DNA of 64,000 bases, from the NCBI GenBank assembly GCA_002929055.1, contig PERY01000001.1:88855-152854 (forward strand), read 5' to 3'. Shown here piece after piece: positions 22,431-32,749 of this stretch; within the stretch, counting starts at the first letter, position 1, and the number at the start of each line of letters is the position of its first letter. Made by a program: the position numbers and the translations under genes. This DNA is from Methylocystis sp. GTDB taxonomy: Bacteria > Pseudomonadota > Alphaproteobacteria > Rhizobiales > Beijerinckiaceae. The notes beneath the pieces were generated by a model. It was not told where the DNA came from, searched no databases, and saw only the letters and a program-made list of their open reading frames with translations.

Positions 22431-22670
22431 TCAGGCCGCTTTGGTCTTCTCGAGGAACTTCACGGCGTCGCCGACAGTCAGAATAGTCTCTGCCGCATCG
22501 TCCGGAATCTCGACGCCGAATTCTTCTTCGAACGCCATCACGAGCTCGACGGTGTCGAGCGAATCGGCCCCCAGATCGTCGATGAAATTCGCCTTGTCGA
22601 CGACCTTTTCGGGCTCGACGCCGAGGTGTTCGACAACGATCTTCTTCACGCGCTCGGCGACATCGCTCAT
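22431..22670 (-). CDS. acpP: Acyl carrier protein
   Basis: [12 protein letters not shown] ... [14 protein letters not shown]. Confidence 0.97.
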   Translation of the reverse strand: MSDVAERVKKIVVEHLGVEPEKVVDKANFIDDLGADSLDTVELVMAFEEEFGVEIPDDAAETILTVGDAVKFLEKTKAA

Positions 22671-22960
22671 TTGATTCAGTCCCTGTTGCTGTGGTGCACG
22701 CACCGATACCGGCGATGCGGGGCGATGGCCCCCGCTCGCCGTTTCCTTCAAAATTCATGCGCGCCGGCCGCGTTCCGAAGGCGCGGCGAAAATGCGCAGG
22801 CCTTTGCGGAAAGACACGGCGGCGCCGCCCCTCATGCGGCGTCGGTCTGGTAACACACTTCGATTTCGTTGGCGAGAGGGCGAAAGGCCCCCGCAGCCGT
22901 CAAAAACACGCCCCTCGCAACCCTGTTCCCGGGCAAAACGCCGCAGCCGAAACGGTCCAA

Positions 22961-23698
22961 TCAGATCATCGCCATGCCGCCATTCACATGAAGCGTCTGG
23001 CCGGTGACGTAGCCGGCTTCCGCGCTGGCAAGATAGACGACCGCGGCGGCGACGTCCGCCCCCACGCCCAGGCGCCCGGCCGGAACGCGCGTGAGGATCG
23101 CTTTCTTCTGGTCGTCGTTGAGCTCGTCGGTCATGGGGCTTTCGATGAAGCCCGGCGCCACGCAATTCACCGTGACGCCGCGCGAGGCGACCTCATAGGC
23201 GAGCGATTTCGACATGCCGATCATGCCGGCTTTCGAGGCCGCATAATTCCCCTGGCCCGGATTGCCGGTGACGCCGACGACGGAGGTGATGCCGATGATG
23301 CGGCCGAAGCGCTTCTTCATCATGCCGCGCAGCACGGCGCGCGAGAGACGGAAGGCCGACGTCAGATTGACGTTGAGGACCATGTCCCAGTCCTCGTCCT
23401 TCAGGCGCATGAACAGCATGTCCCGGGTGAGGCCCGCGTTGTTGACCAGTATGTCGACGCCGCCCATCGCCGCCTCCGCGGCGGGAATGAGCTTTTCGGT
23501 CTCCGCCTTGTCGGCGAGGTTGCAAGGCAGGATGTGAGTCGCGCCGCCGATCTCCGCGGCGAGCGCCTCCAGCGCCTCGCGCCTCGTGCCCGAGAGGGCG
23601 ACGGTCGCCCCGGATTCGGCCAGCGCGCGGGCGATGTCCTTGCCGATGCCGCCGCTCGCGCCGGTCACCAGCGCCGTCTTGCCCGTCAGATCGAACAT
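22961..23698 (-). CDS. fabG: 3-oxoacyl-ACP reductase
   Basis: TGASGGIG, NNAG, YAASK; GGAGGAG RBS before ATG 23698. Confidence 0.95.
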   Translation of the reverse strand: MFDLTGKTALVTGASGGIGKDIARALAESGATVALSGTRREALEALAAEIGGATHILPCNLADKAETEKLIPAAEAAMGGVDILVNNAGLTRDMLFMRLKDEDWDMVLNVNLTSAFRLSRAVLRGMMKKRFGRIIGITSVVGVTGNPGQGNYAASKAGMIGMSKSLAYEVASRGVTVNCVAPGFIESPMTDELNDDQKKAILTRVPAGRLGVGADVAAAVVYLASAEAGYVTGQTLHVNGGMAMI

Positions 23699-24077
23699 TG
23701 CCTTCTCCTCCCGAAATGGCGTTCGGCGCATCGCGCCCGCGCTTCTCAGGTCGATCCGTTTAAAGGCGCTTTCGGCGAATGGCGAGCCCCCCGCGCGGCT
23801 GATGCGCATAAGCAGCGCTCAAGTCTATTGTACAGATACCGCGAATGCTTAGCTGTAGTTCCAATCATATAGCAAAGTTATCGTTGCTATTGCATAGTTA
23901 TCGCCGTGTTGATAGTACAACACAAATAGTAAATCGTCGATTTTAACCAATTCTTGGTTGCATTGATGCGTGGGTTTTGGACAGATGCGCCTGCTTGGGG
24001 CCCGCATCGCAGGATGTCCGACAAGTCAGGACTGGTGAGGGTCACGGAACAACTGGCTTGACCATAAGGATTACGAC

Positions 24078-24902
24078 ATGAAGACAGCTCTTTCCACGAT
24101 CGCCCTCGCGGCGGTTCTCGCCGCCGGCGCCGCGCAGGCCGCCGATCTTCCCGCGCGCAAGGCCCCGCCGCCGCCCATGGTTCCCCCGCCCCCGGTCATG
24201 ACCTGGAACGGCTTCTACGCCGGTCTCAATCTCGGCGGCGGCTGGCAGGACCGCTCGTCCTCCAACGTCAACAACGCCTGGATGTGGGGCAATCCGGCCT
24301 TCGTCGTCCCGGGCGGGCTCCCCGGCGTGCTCCCCGTGGGCTGGGGCGGCTGGAACAACAACAACAATGGCGGCTCGGGCGGCGTCGTGGGCGGCGGTCA
24401 GATCGGCTACAACTTCCAGTTCTCGCCCTGGCTTCTCGTCGGCGTCGAGACGGACTTCCAGGGCACCAGCATCGGCAGCGGCGGCGGCGGCAACTGGGGC
24501 TGGGGCGGCGGCGCCGATCTCGCGCGCATCAACTGGTTCGGCACGGTCCGCGGCCGTCTCGGCGTGACCTTCCCCGGCTGGTCCAGCCTGCTCCTCTACG
24601 GCACCGGCGGTTTCGCCTATGGCGAGGTTCAGCGTAATTTCTGGTGGAACCAGAACAGCGCCGTGCAGACCGGCTGGACCGCGGGCGGCGGCGCCGAATG
24701 GATGTTCATGCCGAACTGGTCGGTCAAGGCGGAATATCTCTATACGGAGATGCGCGGCTCCAACCAGAACTGGGCGTTCAACCCGGGCATCGGCCTCAAC
24801 AACGTCAACAATCGCACGCGCTTCCACACGGTCCGCGCGGGCATCAACTACCACTTCAATCTGTTTGGCGGCGGCTCGGCTCCGGTTCTCGCCAGCTACT
24901 GA
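24078..24902 (+). CDS. Omp25/Omp31/RopB-like outer membrane beta-barrel protein
   Basis: Signal plus AADL-PARKAPPP, WNGFYAGLNLG, GGQIGYNFQ, GTVRGRLG, WSVKAEYLY, RAGINYHF. Confidence 0.9.
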   Translation: MKTALSTIALAAVLAAGAAQAADLPARKAPPPPMVPPPPVMTWNGFYAGLNLGGGWQDRSSSNVNNAWMWGNPAFVVPGGLPGVLPVGWGGWNNNNNGGSGGVVGGGQIGYNFQFSPWLLVGVETDFQGTSIGSGGGGNWGWGGGADLARINWFGTVRGRLGVTFPGWSSLLLYGTGGFAYGEVQRNFWWNQNSAVQTGWTAGGGAEWMFMPNWSVKAEYLYTEMRGSNQNWAFNPGIGLNNVNNRTRFHTVRAGINYHFNLFGGGSAPVLASY

Positions 24903-24923
24903 TTGAAGACGGTCCCAAGACGG

Positions 24924-24954
24924 GAAAAGCCCGGCCTCACGGCCGGGCTTTTTC
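24924..24954. terminator. Bidirectional rho-independent terminator (omp / fabD)
   Basis: GAAAAGCCCGGCC-tcac-GGCCGGGCTTTTTC. Confidence 0.88.
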
Positions 24955-24971
24955 TTTAGCGCCTGTCCGCT

Positions 24972-25916
24972 TCAGTAAGCGCGATAGGCGTCGAGATCGG
25001 CGGGCGTCCCGACGGAGATTCCCGTCGCGCCAGGCGCGATTCGCTTCAGAAGGCCGGCGAGCACCTTGCCCGAGCCGCATTCCACGAATTTCGTCACGCC
25101 CTGATCCGCGATGAAGGAGACGCATTCGCGCCAGCGCACCGCGCCCGTCACCTGCTGGACGAGAAGCTTGCGAATCAATTCCGGATCCGTGACCGGCGCC
25201 GCCGTGACATTGGCCACGACCGGAACCTTCGGCGCGGCGATCGTCGCGCACGCCAGCGCGGCCGCCATGGCGTCGGCGGCGGGCTGCATCAGCGCGCAAT
25301 GGAAGGGCGCGGAGACGGGCAGCAGCACGGCGCGCTTGATCCCCTTTTCCTTCGCGATCTCCATGGCCTTTTCCACGGCGGCTTTGGCGCCGGAGATCAC
25401 CACCTGCCCGCCGCCATTGTCGTTGGCGACCTGGCAGCAGGCCGAAAGCGAGGACGCGGCTGATTCGGCGATTTCCTTCGCCTGGTCGAGCTCCGCGCCG
25501 AGCAGCGCCGCCATCGCGCCTTCGCCCACCGGCACGGCCTTCTGCATGGCGTCGCCGCGGATGCGCAGGAGCTTCGCCGTATCCGAGACCGTGAGCGCCC
25601 CCGCGGCGGCGAGGGCCGAATATTCGCCGAGCGAATGGCCGGCGACGAAGGCCGCGTCCCTGGCGAGATCGAGCCCGCATTCGGCTTCGAGCACGCGAAT
25701 CGCGGCGAGCGAGACGGCCATCAGCGCCGGCTGGGCGTTGGCGGTGAGCGTCAGCTCGTTCTCCGGCCCTTCGAACATGAGTTTCGAGAGCGCTTGCGAC
25801 AGCGCCGAATCAACCTCTTCGAACACCGCGCGCGCGGGGACGAAGCTTTCGGCCAGCGCCTTGCCCATGCCCACCGCCTGCGAGCCCTGTCCGGGGAAAA
25901 TGAAAGCCTTGGCCAT
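24972..25916 (-). CDS. fabD: Malonyl-CoA:ACP transacylase
   Basis: FPGQGSQ, AGHSLGEY, VSAPFH. Confidence 0.96.
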   Translation of the reverse strand: MAKAFIFPGQGSQAVGMGKALAESFVPARAVFEEVDSALSQALSKLMFEGPENELTLTANAQPALMAVSLAAIRVLEAECGLDLARDAAFVAGHSLGEYSALAAAGALTVSDTAKLLRIRGDAMQKAVPVGEGAMAALLGAELDQAKEIAESAASSLSACCQVANDNGGGQVVISGAKAAVEKAMEIAKEKGIKRAVLLPVSAPFHCALMQPAADAMAAALACATIAAPKVPVVANVTAAPVTDPELIRKLLVQQVTGAVRWRECVSFIADQGVTKFVECGSGKVLAGLLKRIAPGATGISVGTPADLDAYRAY

Positions 25917-26018
25917 GCGCGTCCCGCCCTCTCGTTTGCTGTCGCGCCGAGTGGCATTGGCGGGCGCGCCATGTCAAGTTTGCGCAACGTCGCGGGCAGG
26001 GATGGGCGAGGGGCGGAA

Positions 26019-26564
26019 ATGGCCGGAAAGCTTTGCAATTGCGGATGCGGCGGCCTTGATCGGCGGGTCTTCTTCGTTGGAGCGCTATGCGTCGCAGCCA
26101 CTCCGGCGCTGGCGAAGGCGGTCGTTTCCCGCCCGCGCGCCGAGGATGAAGGCTTCATGCGCATCGCGCTGGAGGAGGCGAAGAAAGGCGATTTCCCCTT
26201 CGGCGCCGTCATCGTGCGGGAAGGCAAGGCCGTGGCCACCGGCCGCAACAGCGGGATCAGGCAGAACGACCCCACGGCGCATGGTGAGATGGTTGCGATC
26301 CGCGCTTTCTGCGCCGCGCATCCGGCCGCCGAACTCAAGGGCGCGACGATCTATACGACAGGCGAGCCCTGCCCCATGTGCATGGCGGCGATCGTCTGGA
26401 GCGGATTTACGCGGGTCGTCTACGCCGCCTCGATCGAGCAGCTTGCGACGCGAATCGGCCAGATCATGCTGCCAAGCAAACGCGTCGCCGACGCTGCGCC
26501 TTTCGAGACCGTCGAGATCGCCGGCGGCGTGCTGGCGGAGGAGGCGATGGCGCTCTTCAAATAG
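26019..26564 (+). CDS. Zn-dependent nucleoside/nucleobase deaminase (guanine deaminase/TadA-like) with Tat-type signal
   Basis: PFGAVIV, DPTAHGE, EPCPMC; N-terminal LDRRVFF, hydrophobic stretch and ALA cleavage motif. Confidence 0.82.
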   Translation: MAGKLCNCGCGGLDRRVFFVGALCVAATPALAKAVVSRPRAEDEGFMRIALEEAKKGDFPFGAVIVREGKAVATGRNSGIRQNDPTAHGEMVAIRAFCAAHPAAELKGATIYTTGEPCPMCMAAIVWSGFTRVVYAASIEQLATRIGQIMLPSKRVADAAPFETVEIAGGVLAEEAMALFK

Positions 26565-26626
26565 ATTGCCCGCCCCCGCGCGCTCTTTGCGGCTGTTCCC
26601 GCGAGGACGGGCGCGTCAGGGCCGAG

Positions 26627-27259
26627 TTATTTGCGAGGAATCTCGACCATGACCTCGTTGCGCCGGTTCCACGGCAGCGTCCAGGGGGGATCGTAGAAAG
26701 CGTAATGCGCCTCGCCCTTGGGCGAGAGGCCCTGCGCCTTCAGATGGGCGACGAGCTTCGCCTCATGCTCGGCGAGATCGTTGTCGCCGGCGACGCCCGA
26801 AAAGCGAATCGCCGCCATGCGCTTGCCCGGCGTATGGGAGAGTTTCACCGCCGGGTTTTTGGGGTGCGGCAGCGTGTCGAGCGTATGTTCCGCCGGCATG
26901 GTGAAGCGCACTTTCCATTGGTCCCCTTCGCGCGTCTGGCCGACGGGCGCGGTCATGGAGATTTTCGCGCCTTCGATTCGCGCGCCCTTCTCCTGCTCGA
27001 CGGGGGCGGTCATGGCGATTTTCTGTTTGGGCGCATTGTCTCCGAAGATGTAACCGGCGAGGCGACGAAAGCCCTCATTGATGGCCGCGTCGCGCTCGCC
27101 GGCGACCGTCGTCTCGGCGACGATCTGCGGCGCGTAATCGCGTATTTCGATAGGCCCTGCGGAGGCGACCACCGAATAACGCGCATGCTCCACGTCGGAA
27201 TCCGCAAGTGCGGGGGCAGCAGCGGAAAGACCGGCGAGGACGGCAAGTAAGCGCCGCAT
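26627..27259 (-). CDS. SOUL heme-binding family protein, secreted
   Basis: Signal peptide; EIRDY, GFRRLAGYIFG-N, IAMTAPV, YDPPWT ... RRNEV. Confidence 0.9.
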   Translation of the reverse strand: MRRLLAVLAGLSAAAPALADSDVEHARYSVVASAGPIEIRDYAPQIVAETTVAGERDAAINEGFRRLAGYIFGDNAPKQKIAMTAPVEQEKGARIEGAKISMTAPVGQTREGDQWKVRFTMPAEHTLDTLPHPKNPAVKLSHTPGKRMAAIRFSGVAGDNDLAEHEAKLVAHLKAQGLSPKGEAHYAFYDPPWTLPWNRRNEVMVEIPRK

Positions 27260-27391
27260 GGACTTGCTCCTTCTCTTCTCTGGGTTGAGAGATGAGGTTG
27301 GGCGGGGCGGGGGAACAGTGGCGCCGGCGCCAATGAGGGGTGGATTTTCGCCAAGCTTGGCTACTGCGCGGAAAGCTGACGGAATTGCCGG

Positions 27392-27425
27392 TTGTGCGCC
27401 GATAGCTTGTTGACGGATTGACACT
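27392..27425 (+). repeat. Degenerate direct repeat, left copy, flanking the DUF3800-like gene
   Basis: TTGTGCGCCGATAGCTtgttGACggattGACACT; core CCGATAGCT is identical to 28208-28216. Confidence 0.45.
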
Positions 27426-27440
27426 ACGAAAGAGACAATC

Positions 27441-28214
27441 TTGATGCTGCTACAAGGATATTTCGATGACAGCGGGAGTCACGGCGGGGAGGGGCTTTAT
27501 GTTCTTGGTGGGTTTCTTGCGCCTAGTGTGAGTTGGCCCCGATTTGAAGCGGAATGGCAGAGCGTCCTGAAGAAGGAGCTAACCATCGATTATTTCAAAA
27601 TGAGCGAGGCAATATCACAGCGAGGACAGTTCGACCGTTGGCCCAGTCCGCTACGCGATCAGAAAGTTTTCGAGCTTGCCGAGGTGGCGGAAAGGTGGGC
27701 TGTCGCTCGCATATCCGCGATGGTTTGGAAGGAGGACTTCGATGCTCACATCAAGGGAGCCTCACCTTGGCGCGAACTCGACAATCCCTACTTTCTTCTC
27801 TTCAATCAAATCATCGTTTTAACTGTGGGCTTCATACTGGAACTTGGCAAAAACGGGCTCGATATTAGCAATGCAAGGGTCGAGTTTGTGTTCGATGAGC
27901 AAGGGGTTTTAGGGCGAGACGCTGTGGGGTGGTGGGACGTGCTGAAGCAGGCGCTCGAACCAGAGCAGGTGCGCCTCTTGGGAGCCCCTCCAAAGTTCGG
28001 CTCCGACAAGCGGCTACTTCCGCTGCAAGCAGCAGACCTCCTTGCTTGGTCGGTTAGGAATGTCGTTGAGGGCGGGGAGAGCAATGTGCTGACGAGCGCC
28101 GTCGTCCAAACTTTGAGAAGGGTGCCGCCATACGGCGGATTTATTAGCGCAGAACAGATGCGGCAATCTCTGCCGGAGCTGACTGCAATAAGCGAACCTT
28201 ATTGGCACCGATAG
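27441..28214 (+). CDS. DUF3800-like protein (predicted RNase H-like fold)
   Basis: N-terminal YFDDSG, central FVFDE, C-terminal LQAADLLAW; visibly lower GC and atypical codons compared with neighbours. Confidence 0.75.
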   Translation: MMLLQGYFDDSGSHGGEGLYVLGGFLAPSVSWPRFEAEWQSVLKKELTIDYFKMSEAISQRGQFDRWPSPLRDQKVFELAEVAERWAVARISAMVWKEDFDAHIKGASPWRELDNPYFLLFNQIIVLTVGFILELGKNGLDISNARVEFVFDEQGVLGRDAVGWWDVLKQALEPEQVRLLGAPPKFGSDKRLLPLQAADLLAWSVRNVVEGGESNVLTSAVVQTLRRVPPYGGFISAEQMRQSLPELTAISEPYWHR

Positions 28215-28235
28215 CTACAGGACAAACTAGACACT
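28202..28235 (+). repeat. Degenerate direct repeat, right copy, spanning the DUF3800 stop codon
   Basis: TTGGCACCGATAGCTacagGACaaactaGACACT. Confidence 0.45.
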
Positions 28236-28268
28236 CCCTAGCCCCGCCCGCACTCACCGGCGCCCGCC

Positions 28269-30197
<1,929 letters not shown>

Positions 30198-30222
30198 TGT
30201 TTCCTCGCTTGGTCCCCGATCT

Positions 30223-30891
30223 TCAGTCAGGCGTCGTCACGTGATCCGGCGGAGCGCTCGTTTCCCTCGCCGCCCGCGCCAGCTCCACATTGTGCTGCAT
30301 GCGCTTCATCATGAGCCGCATCAGATAGAATCCGAACTGCGGGTTTTGCGCGGCGAGCTCCAGAAGCGCGTCGTAGCGCACGCAAAGGAGTTCGATGTCC
30401 GTTGCGGCGACGGCGGTGGCGGTGCGGCGATTCTCCTCGGTGAAGAGCCCCATCTCGCCGAAGAAGGCGCCGGCCGTGAGCGTGACGCCGGGCTCGCGCA
30501 GCAGGATCTCTCCCTTCACAAGAATGTAAGCCTCTTCCGAGAGGTCGCCCTTGCGGTGGAGCGTGAAGTCCCTGGGCAGCTTCACCGGCTTCATGTAGGG
30601 GCGCAGCCATTCATAGTCGAATTCGCCTCCGGCCGCGGCGCTCGTCGCCTGTCGTACGTCGGAGATCAGCCGTTGCATCTGATGCAGGCGGAAGACGTTG
30701 ATCGGGACCATGAAGGCGTTGAGCGCGAAGAGCGGGTAATAGCCCTTGAGGAAAAAATACGCTGCGAAAAGCGCATTGGCGAGAATGGCCGCGATGCGCA
30801 GGGGGATCATCGTATTGGAGACGAAGACGAAGACATTCGCCGCCGCGGCCAGATAGCCGATCACCTCGATATGCCAGTTCCAGGGGATCAT
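30223..30891 (-). CDS. Membrane protein with C-terminal cyclic-nucleotide-binding domain
   Basis: N-terminal hydrophobic helices ([13 protein letters not shown]); FFGEMGLF ... RTATAVA cNMP signature; no HTH. Confidence 0.82.
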   Translation of the reverse strand: MIPWNWHIEVIGYLAAAANVFVFVSNTMIPLRIAAILANALFAAYFFLKGYYPLFALNAFMVPINVFRLHQMQRLISDVRQATSAAAGGEFDYEWLRPYMKPVKLPRDFTLHRKGDLSEEAYILVKGEILLREPGVTLTAGAFFGEMGLFTEENRRTATAVAATDIELLCVRYDALLELAAQNPQFGFYLMRLMMKRMQHNVELARAARETSAPPDHVTTPD

Positions 30892-30956
30892 CGCGTGGCC
30901 CGAACGTCCGCTCTTTCCCGCACCTTAGCAGAAAGGCGGGATCGCTTGCGAGGGCC

Positions 30957-30982
30957 GGAACAGCCCCTGCGCCGCGCGCGTT
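30957..30982 (+). promoter_or_regulatory. EcfG (sigma-T)-type promoter upstream of the DUF2243 gene
   Basis: GGAAC-N17-CGTT, ending 37 nt before ATG 31020. Confidence 0.6.
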
Positions 30983-31019
30983 GCGCCCCATTGGCCCTGA
31001 AAGGGCGATGGAGGCGGCG

Positions 31020-31517
31020 ATGGAGACCGGAAATCAGGACGCGGGCTTGACCGCGGCGGGCGTCGTTCTGGGCGTCGGCATTGGCGGCTTCTTCGACGGG
31101 ATCGTCTTTCACCAGCTCCTGCAATGGCACCATTTGCTGAGCGGGTGGCGCCTGCCCTCGAACGTCGAGAATCTCGAGGCGAACACCCTTTGGGACGGGC
31201 TATTCCATGTCCTCGCCTTCGCCTTCGTCGCAGCCGGCCTGTGGCTGCTGTGGCGCGCCGCGCGGCGGCGGCATGTCGCCTGGTCGGGGGCGGGCTTCGC
31301 CGGCGCGCTGCTGATGGGATGGGGCGGCTTCAATCTGGTCGAGGGGCTGGTGAACCACCATCTCCTCGGCCTGCATCATGTGAACGAGACCGTCCCTCCC
31401 GACCAATGGGCGTTCTGGGACTGGGGCTTCATCCTCTGGGGCGCGGTCTTTCTCGTTCTTGGCCGGGCGCTCACGCTCAGCGCGCGCCGCACGGCTCCGG
31501 TGGAGAGCCGCGCCTGA
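31020..31517 (+). CDS. DUF2243 family membrane protein
   Basis: GGFFDGIVFHQLLQWHH, WDGLFH, EGLVNHHLLGLHHV; GGAGG RBS before 31020. Confidence 0.85.
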   Translation: METGNQDAGLTAAGVVLGVGIGGFFDGIVFHQLLQWHHLLSGWRLPSNVENLEANTLWDGLFHVLAFAFVAAGLWLLWRAARRRHVAWSGAGFAGALLMGWGGFNLVEGLVNHHLLGLHHVNETVPPDQWAFWDWGFILWGAVFLVLGRALTLSARRTAPVESRA

Positions 31518-32649
31518 TTATTCGACGTCCTCGACCTTGTCCGGCCCGCCGCCATAGATGCGCTGGGCGAGAGAGGCCTGCATGAAGTCGTCGAGCTCGC
31601 CGTCGAGCACTTCGGAGGGGGTTCCCGAGGTCACGCCGGTGCGCAGGTCTTTCACGAGCTGATAGGGCTGCAGGACGTAGGAGCGGATCTGGTGGCCCCA
31701 GCCGATTTCGGTCTTGCTGGCGGCGGCCTTGTTGGCCTCGGCCTCGCGAATCTCGAGTTCGCGCTCATAGAGGCGGGCGCGCAGCATATTCCAGGCGGTG
31801 GCGCGGTTCTTGTGCTGCGAGCGCTCGGCCTGACAGGCGACGACGATGCCGGTTGGAATATGGGTGATGCGGATGGCGGAGTCGGTCGTATTGACGTGCT
31901 GGCCGCCCGCGCCCGACGATCTATACGTGTCGATACGGCAATCCGACTCGTTGATATTGACCTCGATCCGGTCGTCCACCACGGGATAGACCCATACGGA
32001 GGCGAAGCTCGTGTGGCGCCGCGCGTTGGAGTCGAAGGGCGAGATGCGCACGAGGCGATGCACGCCCGATTCGGTCTTGGCCCAGCCGTGGGCGTTGTGG
32101 CCCTTCACCAGAAGCGTTCCGGATTTGATGCCGGCTTCTTCGCCGGCCGTCTCCTCGATCACCTCGACCTTGAACTTCTTGCGCTCGGCCCAGCGGGCGT
32201 ACATGCGAAACAGCATGCGCGCCCAATCCTGGCTTTCGGTGCCGCCTGCCCCCGAATGGATTTCGACGAAAGTGTCGTTGCCGTCGGCCTCGCCGGAGAA
32301 GAGCGCCTCGATCTGGCGGCGCTGCGCGTCTTTCAGCAGCGCCTTCAGCGCCTCGATCCCTTCCTTCTCGGTCGCTTCGTCGCCGGCCTCTTCGCCAAGT
32401 TCGACGAGCGTCAGCGCGTCCTCGAGGTCGCGCGACAGCTTGCCGATCGCGCCCATCTGCTCCTCGAGCTGGGTGCGTTCGCGCATAAGCTTCTGCGCTT
32501 CCTCGGGATCGTTCCAGAAATTGGGGTCTTCGGCCTTGACGTTCAGTTCTGCGAGACGGCGGGTTGCTGTCTCGACGTCAAAGATGCCTCCTCAGCAGTC
32601 CCATGGACTGCTCGATCTGTTCCTTGAGCGCAAGCGGCTCGGCGCGCAT
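31518..32649 (-). CDS. prfB: Peptide chain release factor 2, translated by +1 programmed frameshift
   Basis: ORF1 of 23 codons (32649-32581) ends AGGAGG-CAT-CTT-TGA-C; the +1 frame continues to SPF, GGQ and QIRSYV motifs. Confidence 0.96.
32577..32592 (-). promoter_or_regulatory. RF2 frameshift cassette (internal SD + CTT TGA C)
   Basis: Minus strand reads AGGAGGCATCTTTGAC. Confidence 0.95.
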
Positions 32650-32749
32650 GTTCATGTCTTTCCGCGGAAGGGGAGCCCCGTCGGTCCCGAAGTGGCGCGG
32701 AACCTATGCTCAGCGGGCGGGCCTGTAAAGCCGGCTGTTGCCGGCGCGT

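Noticed and set aside
27371-28235. Possible CRISPR array around the DUF3800-like gene
   Set aside because: Only two or three degenerate units, no regular repeat-spacer period and no cas genes; reported as flanking repeats only.
31518-32649. prfB looks truncated or frameshifted, like a pseudogene
   Set aside because: This is the canonical RF2 +1 programmed frameshift (SD + CTT TGA C); well known, not novel.
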